From Paenibacillus sp. GSMTC-2017 (GTDB taxonomy: Bacteria; Bacillota; Bacilli; Paenibacillales; Paenibacillaceae), in assembly GCF_016019935.1 (NCBI RefSeq), contig NZ_JAECMT010000003.1, positions 570,208-602,207 on the forward strand: a stretch of 32,000 nt of DNA, read 5' to 3'. The notes beneath the pieces were generated by a model that searched no databases, was not told the DNA's origin, and saw only the letters and a program-made list of their open reading frames with translations. Below are positions 1 through 8,969 of this stretch, piece by piece (the first letter of the stretch is position 1; every line of letters begins with the position of its first letter). A program made the translations under genes and the position numbers.

Positions 1-1203
1 ATGAAAAAGCCGTCACAGGAGTCTCTTAATTGCATTCATCAATTGCTTGATAGTTTTTGGGTTGTACGCAAGGAAAATCCGGAGCTGTTTTATGAAATCA
101 AACAAAACGAAGGGTTCCTGCGGGATTACTTTAAGGACTACTTCCGTTTTAAATTGGTGGTCGGAGCAAATTTTGCAAAAGTCGAGAAGTTTCAAGTAAC
201 ACCTCAACCGTCAACAGGTATATCAGATTTCAAAGAAGTGAAAGATTACGTCATTTTTTACTGCGTACTTGCGTTTTTGGATGGAAAGGCATCAAAACAA
301 TTTGCATTGTCGGACATTTGCCAAGCGGTCGTTTCGTACTACCCGAGGAGTTTAAAAGGAATAGTCAGTGAAAATACACCGATATTAACATGGAAGGGTA
401 GCGAAGGGTATAAAAATCGACTATCCCTTGTCCGTGCATTGAAAGAAGCTGTTCGGCGGTGTTTGATAGAAGTAATGGATAAAAATATTGAAGACTTCCA
501 AGACAGAGAAACGAATGATGCGCTGTTGCGTTCAACCGGACTTGTGAAATATTTTATGCGTAATATCAGTTTTAATATTGTAGAAAAGTTGAGGCTAAAC
601 GATATCGTGTTGCTTCAAGAAATGCAGGAACGGGAATTAGGTGTAGAAAGAAAGCATTTGCTGTATCGGAAACTGTTTTTGGAGCCAGCCTTGTATCGGC
701 ATGAAGTTTCGGCGGCAGATTTTGATTACTTAAGACAGTATGGACGTCATCTAAATGAACATGTTGAAAAATACTATGATATGAATGTGGATGTTTACGG
801 GAGCAGTGCTTTTTTAGTAAAAGAGAACGTCGGCACTTTTCGGCGGTTTTTCCCAGCGAACAATGCCGAATCTAATCTAGTTGTTCAGTTTGCAACGTTG
901 TTGCGGCTTAAAATCATCGACGATAATGACAGTCTCGTTGAACAAAAAGATGGGACAGTTAATTTAACCGACATTGATTTGGATATTATGTGCCGGCAGC
1001 TTATTGATGAGAACAGTCATGGATGGACGACGGGGCTAAAAAGCATGAGTGTCGCTGAAGTTAAGAATACAATTAAAAACATGCTATTTGAATGGAAGTT
1101 AGCAGAGGTAACGAAAGAGGGCGATTTGAAACTATACGATGTAATCGGAAGATTTTTCGAAAAACCTAAAGAAGAAAAAATAAAGGAGAATGACGATGAC
1201 TAA
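1..1203 (+). CDS. jetB: Wadjet type II JetB-like protein (DUF2398/TIGR02678-like)
   Basis: A 400-aa ORF starts at window base 1 and may extend upstream. Its stop overlaps the start region of the downstream SMC-like ATPase gene, which suggests translational coupling. The N-terminal stretch NPELFYEIKQNEGFLRDYFKDYFRFKLVV and the acidic tail EEKIKENDDD fit my recollection of this family. The assignment rests mainly on synteny with jetC. Confidence 0.6.
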   Translation: MKKPSQESLNCIHQLLDSFWVVRKENPELFYEIKQNEGFLRDYFKDYFRFKLVVGANFAKVEKFQVTPQPSTGISDFKEVKDYVIFYCVLAFLDGKASKQFALSDICQAVVSYYPRSLKGIVSENTPILTWKGSEGYKNRLSLVRALKEAVRRCLIEVMDKNIEDFQDRETNDALLRSTGLVKYFMRNISFNIVEKLRLNDIVLLQEMQERELGVERKHLLYRKLFLEPALYRHEVSAADFDYLRQYGRHLNEHVEKYYDMNVDVYGSSAFLVKENVGTFRRFFPANNAESNLVVQFATLLRLKIIDDNDSLVEQKDGTVNLTDIDLDIMCRQLIDENSHGWTTGLKSMSVAEVKNTIKNMLFEWKLAEVTKEGDLKLYDVIGRFFEKPKEEKIKENDDD

Positions 1204-4200
1204 CCATGCACGGCGTTGGAAACCTCACCGCGTCATCCTATTTAATTATTGGTATTTTAATTATGAAGAATATTACTTCAAGAACGGAAGACTGCTACTG
1301 CGTGGTCATAATGGTGCGGGTAAGTCGATTGCCATGAACACGCTTTTTACATTCATGCTGGATGGAAACAAGGATCCTAAGCGGTTGGACCCATTTGAGT
1401 CAAGTGACCGTAAGTTTTATGACATCTTGCTTGGCGAAGAGTCGTTAAACAAGGACATTATCGAGCGCATTGGTTATGTTGTGATTGAATATAAGTTAAC
1501 AAACACGGAGCAGTACATCACGACTGGATTTGGACTGCATTCCAAACGAAAAAACAGAAGGTTGGAAGATGCCTGGGGGTTTGTGATTCATGATCGCTCT
1601 CGGCGTATTGGGCGCGGAACAAATCCGATCTCGCTCTATAAGGTAGAAGTATTAGATGGATCACCGGAGCAAATCCCTTTAAATAGAAAAGAAATAACAG
1701 CAGTAATCCGTGAGAGTGGTACGGTCGTTGATAGTAAAGAATACGCTGAACTGATTAATAAGCAACTATTCAAGTTTCCAGATGTAACAGGACTTAAGCT
1801 TTTTACTGATGTTCTCGTGCGGCTTAAGAGCCCTAAGCTAACCAAAGGCGGGGGGCCGGACGATTTAAAGGAAACATTGAACGAATCATTGCCACCATTA
1901 TCCGACCAAGAATTGTCTGCACTAACCACTACCGTAGAAGCGCAAGACCAAACGCAGCGGGAAATTCTAAAAACACAAAGCGACCTTGGTTTTGCAACGA
2001 AACTGGATAAAGGTTATGACGATTATATTTCATATGTATTTGCAGAGAAGGCTAAGTACTATTTGGAAAGCAACAACACGTGGAATGCCATTGCGTTGGA
2101 ACATCAAACGGTACTAAGTGATATTGAAACCAAGAGTGTTGACTACAATGAGACGGAGCAAAAAATCCGAAATATTGAACATGAAATTGAAGGTTTGAAG
2201 CAAGCAAGGCAGGAATTGGGACATGATAAAATAGTGAATTTGGACGATACTCTTCAATCTGCCAAACGGGAGCTAACCCGAATATCGAATGAAAAATCAG
2301 ACCAAACAGATCGCTATGATTTGAAGAAAGCATCATTAACGGATGCTAATAATGAACGACGTAATATTGAAAATGAATTATGGGTAATTGAGAAAGAACT
2401 AAAAGCCGCGTTGGAAAGTTTGGAGGAGTTGGGGATGGATTCGGCATTTGAAGACATCTATCTGGCATTCTCTGATCATTTCAAGCGAAATGAGAAAATT
2501 GAAAATTATAATTTTTCAAATTGGGAGTCTAATATAAGAATCAGGCTTCAAAGGCTTGGGGTGCTGCTCAAAAAAATTAACGAACTGGACCAAAAGAAGC
2601 GCGACTTGGATGGTATGAGACAACAAATCGAAGAGAAACAAGGCGTTCTTGAAATTGAAAGAGAAAAGCGTATGAACCTTGCGAACATCTATGATATGGA
2701 TCGAAATAACGCTTATGCTGAGCTTGAAAACTGGATAAATGAATTAACAGCTCTTGTGCTCAGCGCTAATAGCAGTACGAGCGTGAAAAGGATGATTAAT
2801 GGATATCTAGAAAATGTGACTGAAGAGCAGTTGATATGGCCAATCACGCGTGAGCGTGAAGAACAAGTATCCCAGTGTCTTATGGAGCAAGCATTAGTAG
2901 ACGCTAAAATGCAATCAAAGATTGAAAAAAGAAAGCTCACCAAAGAAGAACTCTGTTTTCTTGAGGGGGCTGATGAAATAGAACCTGAGCTTCCGATATC
3001 CAAGGAAAATCAAATAAGGGAATTCAAAGAAAGGGGAATTCCATGTGCACCGTTTTACGCTGTAGTTGATTTCAAAGGAAACCTTACTGAGGAGCAGAAA
3101 TCACGGTTGGAGTCGGTCTTGACTGAAACTGGCGTACTAACCTCGCTGATTGTACCTAATAACCGTTATAACGAATCATTATCTGGAACGGTTCTTAGTG
3201 CTCATCAGGCTAAGGCATCGAACAATCTAACAAAGTATCTAGATGTTTCGGCTGCCGGGGATGTGAGTCATGATGATGTGCTAGCAGTTCTGCAGGGGAT
3301 TTCGGTTTCCGTTGAGGACGCTTATTTTGTAACGGCTGAAGGATCATTTAAAGGTTCCTTTACAGCCGGAACGGCCTCGCAGTATGGGGTGGCCAAGTAT
3401 ATTGGAAAGCATGCTAGGGAACAAGAGCGGCTCCGCAAAATCGCGGTGTTAAAAGAAAAAGTAGCCGCTCTCGAGTTCGAAATTGAGGAGCTTGAAGTGC
3501 TTTTTAATGAAAGTAAAGTGAGGCAATGGCAAATTGAAGTTGAGTACCAATCGTTTCCGAAATTTTCGCCTCTAAAGGACGCCAAGCAACAATTTGAATC
3601 CGTTGCAAAACGCATCACAGAATTGTTGGAACCTGAGCTCATGTCGTTAAATGAAAAATTTAAGGAACTAAAAACTAACGTGGAGAAGCAAAGCAGGAAC
3701 CTGAACGCAGAATTCGAAGACATCGCTATTGAGAAAAATGTGCAGGTAGTAAATGGTACGTGTGAAGGTTTGCTTAATTTCGAGCGCGCATTATCAAATC
3801 TAAAAATCACTTACCGTTCAAGAGAGGATAAACAAATTCTTCTAAAGAATCAAGATGACAAGATAGACACTATTAAAGATGGTGTGAATGACGCAAAGGC
3901 AGCCGTTCTATCACTAGACGGGCAAATCAAGAAAATAAATGTTCGAATAGAAAATTATAAAAAGCAATTAGAGGACATTGACGCGGATAACATTCGTGAG
4001 CTTGCCAAAAGTATTAACGATAAACTGGAACAATTGCCAAAGGACCAAAGAGAGCTGGACGGACAACTTAGTGAACTGAAAAACAATTTAAAAAATCTTC
4101 GTAATCGCCTTCCAGTTGGAGCTCAGAAGGAACACTTTATGAAGGAGCTTGTTTTGGCGTGGGAAAGTGCCTTTCTGCAAGATGCAAAAGAATTCAGTGA

Positions 4201-5377
4201 AAAGTTTGGGCTTGAAACCGAATCAGATACGAAATTGCTTGCTGAGAGTGTCAAAGCGAAGTTCGGACAACTTCTCGCGAAGAAGGATAGAACGAAAAAT
4301 AAAAGTGAATTGGGCAATGTCTTCTCAGATGCGGACAAGGGATTACCGGAATACAACTTAACGATGGAGCCAATGGAATTCGAGTTCGAGTTTTCTTATA
4401 TGGCTATTGAAGACGAAATTCGTGTAGAAATGCTTAAAACGATAGCCAGACGTGAAAAAATTACACTAGAGTATCAGTCTCGTCGTGTTTCGCCGTCGTT
4501 TGCCAAAACCAAGCTGACCGAGCAAGACCAAATGCTTGCAGAGGTAATGGCTGAAAAGGATCGCGAGATTTACGAAGATATCCTGATTAACCATGTCGGA
4601 GATACGGTAAAAAACAAAATTCGAAATGCGAAAGAATGGGTAATACGTATCAATACAATAATGGAAAAGACACAGAACTCCAGCGGACTGAAGTTTGAAG
4701 TCGAGTGGTCACCGAAAAGGACCGACAATGAACAAGAACTCGATACGATAGAATTAATGCGATTTTTGGAGAAAGATCCCATATGGCTTGCGGATTCCGA
4801 TAGGAAAAGGATAGCCCAGCATTTTCGTTCCAAGGTGTATGAAGCGAAACGTAAATCTGAGTTGAGCGGTACACCGACCTTCATGGAAGATATTAAGTTG
4901 GTCTTAGATTATCGAGATTGGTATGAATTCATTATTTACTACGAAAAAACAGGAGAAAAGCGCAAAGAAATGAAGAAAAGCAATTACAATACCTTCTCCG
5001 GAGGTGAGCGAGCAATGGCGATGTATACACCACTCCTAGCAGCGGTTGATGCACGTTTACAAAATGCTCACTGTGAAGCACCTCGTATATTTGCACTAGA
5101 CGAAGCGTTTGCTGGCGTAGATGATAACAATATCAGAGAAGCGTTTAAAGTTATTGAGATGTACGACTTTGATTACACATTAAACTCACAATCTTTATGG
5201 GGTTGTTATGAGGAAGTGCCTGATCTTTCGATTTATGTTCTGAGTCGAATGGGGAATTCAAACCTTGTTAATTCAACGGCATACTCATGGAATGGTATTA
5301 AGCAGACGCGTGTGGAAGAACCGTATGAAATAAGTGAAGACATTCAATCTTCGTTTGTTCAAAATACATTGTTTTGA
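1196..5377 (+). CDS. jetC: Wadjet JetC, SMC-like ABC ATPase (TIGR02680-like)
   Basis: The ORF is about 1393 aa. Walker A is GHNGAGKS (nt 1304-1327). A very long Glu/Lys/Leu-rich coiled-coil forms the middle. The C-terminal head carries the signature FSGGERAMAMY, Walker B IFALDEAFAGVDD and LNSQSLWGCYEEVPDLSIYVL, as in JetC/MukB-like proteins. The ORF track starts at 1190, but the AAAGGAG RBS (1182-1188) fits ATG 1196 better. Confidence 0.85.
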   Translation: MTNHARRWKPHRVILFNYWYFNYEEYYFKNGRLLLRGHNGAGKSIAMNTLFTFMLDGNKDPKRLDPFESSDRKFYDILLGEESLNKDIIERIGYVVIEYKLTNTEQYITTGFGLHSKRKNRRLEDAWGFVIHDRSRRIGRGTNPISLYKVEVLDGSPEQIPLNRKEITAVIRESGTVVDSKEYAELINKQLFKFPDVTGLKLFTDVLVRLKSPKLTKGGGPDDLKETLNESLPPLSDQELSALTTTVEAQDQTQREILKTQSDLGFATKLDKGYDDYISYVFAEKAKYYLESNNTWNAIALEHQTVLSDIETKSVDYNETEQKIRNIEHEIEGLKQARQELGHDKIVNLDDTLQSAKRELTRISNEKSDQTDRYDLKKASLTDANNERRNIENELWVIEKELKAALESLEELGMDSAFEDIYLAFSDHFKRNEKIENYNFSNWESNIRIRLQRLGVLLKKINELDQKKRDLDGMRQQIEEKQGVLEIEREKRMNLANIYDMDRNNAYAELENWINELTALVLSANSSTSVKRMINGYLENVTEEQLIWPITREREEQVSQCLMEQALVDAKMQSKIEKRKLTKEELCFLEGADEIEPELPISKENQIREFKERGIPCAPFYAVVDFKGNLTEEQKSRLESVLTETGVLTSLIVPNNRYNESLSGTVLSAHQAKASNNLTKYLDVSAAGDVSHDDVLAVLQGISVSVEDAYFVTAEGSFKGSFTAGTASQYGVAKYIGKHAREQERLRKIAVLKEKVAALEFEIEELEVLFNESKVRQWQIEVEYQSFPKFSPLKDAKQQFESVAKRITELLEPELMSLNEKFKELKTNVEKQSRNLNAEFEDIAIEKNVQVVNGTCEGLLNFERALSNLKITYRSREDKQILLKNQDDKIDTIKDGVNDAKAAVLSLDGQIKKINVRIENYKKQLEDIDADNIRELAKSINDKLEQLPKDQRELDGQLSELKNNLKNLRNRLPVGAQKEHFMKELVLAWESAFLQDAKEFSEKFGLETESDTKLLAESVKAKFGQLLAKKDRTKNKSELGNVFSDADKGLPEYNLTMEPMEFEFEFSYMAIEDEIRVEMLKTIARREKITLEYQSRRVSPSFAKTKLTEQDQMLAEVMAEKDREIYEDILINHVGDTVKNKIRNAKEWVIRINTIMEKTQNSSGLKFEVEWSPKRTDNEQELDTIELMRFLEKDPIWLADSDRKRIAQHFRSKVYEAKRKSELSGTPTFMEDIKLVLDYRDWYEFIIYYEKTGEKRKEMKKSNYNTFSGGERAMAMYTPLLAAVDARLQNAHCEAPRIFALDEAFAGVDDNNIREAFKVIEMYDFDYTLNSQSLWGCYEEVPDLSIYVLSRMGNSNLVNSTAYSWNGIKQTRVEEPYEISEDIQSSFVQNTLF

Positions 5378-5596
5378 GTTTGGTGACGTCCACCGCATGC
5401 AGCGTAGGCAAATGCAATTCAACATGAGATAATCTGGGCAAACTCATAAGTAATAGTATCACAAGATTTCTTGATTTTTTTATCGTGAATTCCCCCTTTG
5501 CGGCAAGAAAGAACTATCGCTTAAAAAGATGATAGTACATAACTTCAATATGTTTACTAAAATCTTATAGGAAGACATACAGGAGGAACTAGATAG

Positions 5597-7720
5597 ATGC
5601 AAACATCATTACAGCAGTTAGTTGAGGTTTTCCGAGACATTGATGGTTTTAACAGAGTGTTTTTACTTTTTCGACAAAAATACAGAAGTTACGGGAGAAT
5701 TACCAAAAGTACCACAGTTATTCTTGAAGATCCGACACTTGATGAGTTGAAGGTATTAAATGGATTTTTGGGTTCGACTTATGAGAAAGAAGAAGCAGTC
5801 CCAATTACTGCTGACGAAATCGAGAGAGAAATTCGAAATAGTAAATATCGAGAATTATTCGATGGATACGATCTAAGTGATTTTCTGAAAATTTATTACG
5901 GGGGGAAGTTAACCTCAAAAAGTGAAGACAAGCGCCGTTATGATGCAGAGAAGATGAAATTTTTTCAATCATTCTTGAGTGAAACTCAGATGGAAAGTTC
6001 ATTTTATCGATTTATTTCGTTTATCAGGACTTATAAAAATGCACCATCGGTTCATAACGCCTACAAAAAAAGCCCAGAATCACTCGAAGGCCTACTAATT
6101 TTAACAAATAATCTGTTTGAGCAGTTGCCATTCAACAATGACATCGATCTGCCCATGCTTGCATATAAGCTTAGAGGGGACTATCATGCGTTGGCTCCTA
6201 ACTCGGATGCTGGCAAGATGATAATATTTGCTTTACAAGTATTAAATCACTTGGCTAAAGATGCTGAAGTTCTTCCGAAACTCGAAGATGAACAAATAGA
6301 GAAACTGTTGAAGGAGTATGGCATCTTGTTCTGTCCAGAATCCAATAAGATGGCACAACGGTTGTGGATTGCTGATATCAAGAATGGTGAAGAGATGAAG
6401 AATTATCAACTAATTCCCTTGGAGAAGATTGATCGGGGATCTTTTGCACAGGTGTACAGGGTTTTTGACCCGATTGAAAGAAGAGAGTGGGCTTGCAAAG
6501 TATTGTTTGAAAGATCATATTTTATGCAATCCTATGGGAAAGATGGGGAAGAATATCTACGACGTTTTAAAACAGAGATTAATTTGCTTCGAGATCATAT
6601 CGTGCATTCTAATATTATTGAAATTGACAAGATGCAGCTAGAGCGTGATCCTGTACTGTTCACAATGCCATTAGCGACAACTTCCCTAGATAAATGGATA
6701 ACTTCGAACCCTACTTTACCCCATGAGACAAAGTTAAGCATTTTCAAGGATATTTTAAGTGGTGTTGCTTATCTACATCAGCATCCAATCAGTCATCGGG
6801 ACTTGGCCCCTCAAAATATTTTGTTGTTTCAACAAGATGCTGGAAAAGTAGTGGCAAAAGTAGCTGATCTTGGCTTGGCTAAAGATCATCGAGCGCTCTC
6901 TTCCATCACAAGATATTCGCAAGCTTCATATGGAAGGGAGGCGTTTACTGCCCCAGAGCAAAAGAAAAGTCTAAAAAATGCTGATGCTTTATCCGATATT
7001 TATTCTCTTGGGGCGTTGCTTTATTATATATTTAGTGGAACTTCACCTGAATATATATTAAAATCGTCTATTACTTATCAGCATATTGTTGGAAAAGCAA
7101 TGAGAGATGATCGCTCCAAACGTTATCAAACTGTTCAAGAGTTGTGGGACGATATGATGAATAGTCCGCTAGCAATAGATTATTACTCATTTGAAGGTTT
7201 GATAAATTATAAATTTAATGATTTTACCAATGATGTGAATCATGTATTAAGATGTCTGACAACAGTTGATATTTGGGAAGAGAATGAAGTTCTTCGGACA
7301 TTTATTAAGGCGTTAATCTCTGTGCCACTTAATATAATGGCAAAATGTTCAAGGCATGAGATGGTGATGGTTCCTTTCATACATACTGTAAAGAAGAATA
7401 TAGATAGAGCAGAGTGTAGGGATGAGGAATGGTATCATGTTTCATTGCGCATAGCAGAAATTTATAAAGAAACTCAATATAGTGCGTTGAAATTATTGGC
7501 AGCTCAACTCATTCTAGTTATTTCCTTAAAAAAGGAGAGTAAATTGACTCAAAATATACTGGTGGATATTTTATCAACCTTAACGGGTCAAAATGCACTT
7601 TCCCAACAAATTGCAAATGTTATTGAGAATGAATTCTTAAGCTATCATGATGTATTAATTGGACTTTTAAAGAACATTGACTACCCATCCAACATACGTT
7701 TTGCTCTAAACGATTTTTAA
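5597..7720 (+). CDS. JetD N-terminal (DUF3323/TIGR02679-like) region fused to a Hanks-type Ser/Thr protein kinase plus an unassigned helical C-terminal domain; no Toprim domain
   Basis: An uninterrupted 707-aa ORF follows an AGGAGG RBS (5581-5586). Residues 1-255 show JetD-N-like patterns (YGRITKSTTVILEDPTLDELKVLNGFLG; RGDYHALAPNSDAG). Residues 270-520 (nt 6404-7156) carry the full set of kinase subdomains: the beta3 Lys in WACK(301)VL, the catalytic loop H400-RDLAPQN, D424-LG, TAPE(454), DIYSLGALLYYIFSG and RY510. Residues 521-707 are helical with no motif I recognise. Confidence 0.8.
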   Translation: MQTSLQQLVEVFRDIDGFNRVFLLFRQKYRSYGRITKSTTVILEDPTLDELKVLNGFLGSTYEKEEAVPITADEIEREIRNSKYRELFDGYDLSDFLKIYYGGKLTSKSEDKRRYDAEKMKFFQSFLSETQMESSFYRFISFIRTYKNAPSVHNAYKKSPESLEGLLILTNNLFEQLPFNNDIDLPMLAYKLRGDYHALAPNSDAGKMIIFALQVLNHLAKDAEVLPKLEDEQIEKLLKEYGILFCPESNKMAQRLWIADIKNGEEMKNYQLIPLEKIDRGSFAQVYRVFDPIERREWACKVLFERSYFMQSYGKDGEEYLRRFKTEINLLRDHIVHSNIIEIDKMQLERDPVLFTMPLATTSLDKWITSNPTLPHETKLSIFKDILSGVAYLHQHPISHRDLAPQNILLFQQDAGKVVAKVADLGLAKDHRALSSITRYSQASYGREAFTAPEQKKSLKNADALSDIYSLGALLYYIFSGTSPEYILKSSITYQHIVGKAMRDDRSKRYQTVQELWDDMMNSPLAIDYYSFEGLINYKFNDFTNDVNHVLRCLTTVDIWEENEVLRTFIKALISVPLNIMAKCSRHEMVMVPFIHTVKKNIDRAECRDEEWYHVSLRIAEIYKETQYSALKLLAAQLILVISLKKESKLTQNILVDILSTLTGQNALSQQIANVIENEFLSYHDVLIGLLKNIDYPSNIRFALNDF

Positions 7721-7721
7721 T

Positions 7722-7940
7722 ATGAAGGTGTTTAAACGTTATGCTATGAATCGTGCCATTAGTGTAGTAATGGAAGTCCTGCATGGTAAGAACAAAACGT
7801 GTATTAGTTTCACATGGAAACTTAATCATGCTCCTACTTAAGAATTTTAATGACCGTAAGGGGTTTAAGGAGTGAAACCTTTATCTAATTCTGATGTATT
7901 TTATCTTTCCTTCTTAGAAGAGAAGCCCACCATTCATTAG
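7722..7940 (+). pseudogene. Possible 3' remnant of a histidine-phosphatase (phosphoglycerate-mutase-like) family gene, frameshifted
   Basis: Three short frame segments join into FKRYAMNRAISVVMEVLHGKNK / RVLVSHGNLIMLLLKNFNDRKGFKE / VKPLSNSDVFYLSFLEEKPTIH*. This resembles the C-terminal third of the family, including the VSHG catalytic-His motif. There is no N-terminal half. The remnant begins 1 nt after the kinase stop codon. Confidence 0.3.
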
Positions 7941-8367
7941 ATATGGTCAGAATCATCTACATTAGAGAGCAAGCATACTCTCTTGGACATGTACATATTT
8001 GTTGTTACTGTATAATCCGCACTATAGATAGTGCGAAAAGTTTAAGACAAAGAGGGAGTTTAGGCTCCCCTCTCTTGTTAATGGATTTATGAAATAGTAG
8101 TTGATAGTGATACCATCATCGACGCTGACTTCAATTTTCCTTATCAATTTGTGTATGATATCTCATAGTGTTTCTTCGTCAGGAGCTCGTGTTTCAGAAA
8201 CTTCATTAACTCATTTTGAAAAAATTATAGGTATTGAGTCCAGAATTCTATATCTAATAACAGTTTCTCTAACTCCGCAGTGCGAGACTTTAATGCTTCC
8301 TGTGCTCATGTGATTTCTCTAACTATCTCATCGTAGATTACCTTCGTAATCCTTCAGATGATACTAA

Positions 8368-8969
8368 TTATTGGGTTAATAAGATTAGCTCATTCTTCCG
8401 TTGTTTAAGCTGACTTTTGATATTCGTAATTTCACTTTGTAAAAGGTTGGTGTTTAGTTCTGCCCATTTCATGGTTCTTCATATTTTGTGATTCTGATGT
8501 TAATGACGCGATGTCTACTAATACTACCGTTTTTAATGTTTCGTGCTTGATGAAGTGGGAAGAGCAATGTTTACATATGTCGCACATATATTGCCTCTCT
8601 GGTACTACTTATAATTAGAACCTTGAGATACACTCCGAACAGAATACCAGCCTTGCGAATAGTGGCTTTTTATCTCTTCCGCGAACAGTTCTTATAGATT
8701 TTATTTCCCACTAATGTTGAGCTTTCATGAACGCGTCATCTCTAAATCAAAAGTTCATAACTGCCAACTATAACTGCATGTTGCTCAAGGTCGTTTTTAA
8801 TTTGTTCCTTGTGTCCCTTTTTCTGAAGAAATAATTTGTAATCGCTATTAACAAATTCTTGCTCTTGAACCAACTTGTCAGTATAGTGAGGATTGCTGAT
8901 ACTGCATTTAGCGGTTGTGTCATAAAATTTTGTCTGTTTTTTGGGTAGGGAATTTTTTTTGTCATTCAA
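8368..8969 (-). pseudogene. Large serine recombinase pseudogene (recombinase domain, zinc ribbon and coiled coil), inactivated by in-frame stops and frameshifts
   Basis: The minus-strand translation reads ...KFYDTTAKCSISNPHYTDKLVQ...EQHAVIVGSYELLI(fs)DDAFMKAQH*WEIKSIRTVRGRDKKPLFARLVFCSECISRF*L*VVPERQYMCDICKHCSSHFIKHETLKTVVLVDIASL...(fs)KWAELNTNLLQSEITNIKSQLKQRKNEL. This matches the ILxNPxYxG recombinase-domain pattern, the CxxC...YxCxxxxxxC zinc beta-ribbon and the following coiled coil of large serine recombinases. Weaker remnants may extend to about 9505. Confidence 0.5.

Noticed and set aside
1636-4884. A series of minus-strand ORFs inside jetC (1636-1929, 2052-2336, 2713-3003, 3322-3810, 4123-4356, 4570-4884), plus the + strand alternate-frame ORF 4149-4361.
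   Set aside because: Their translations are low-complexity and Ser/Leu/Phe-rich, the mirror image of the Glu/Lys-rich coiled-coil codons. They have no RBS and are fully nested in a gene with clear family motifs.
7620-7829. A 69-aa minus-strand ORF spanning the kinase stop codon.
   Set aside because: It has no RBS and no recognisable motif. It overlaps the kinase 3' end, and the + strand phosphatase-like remnant explains the region better.
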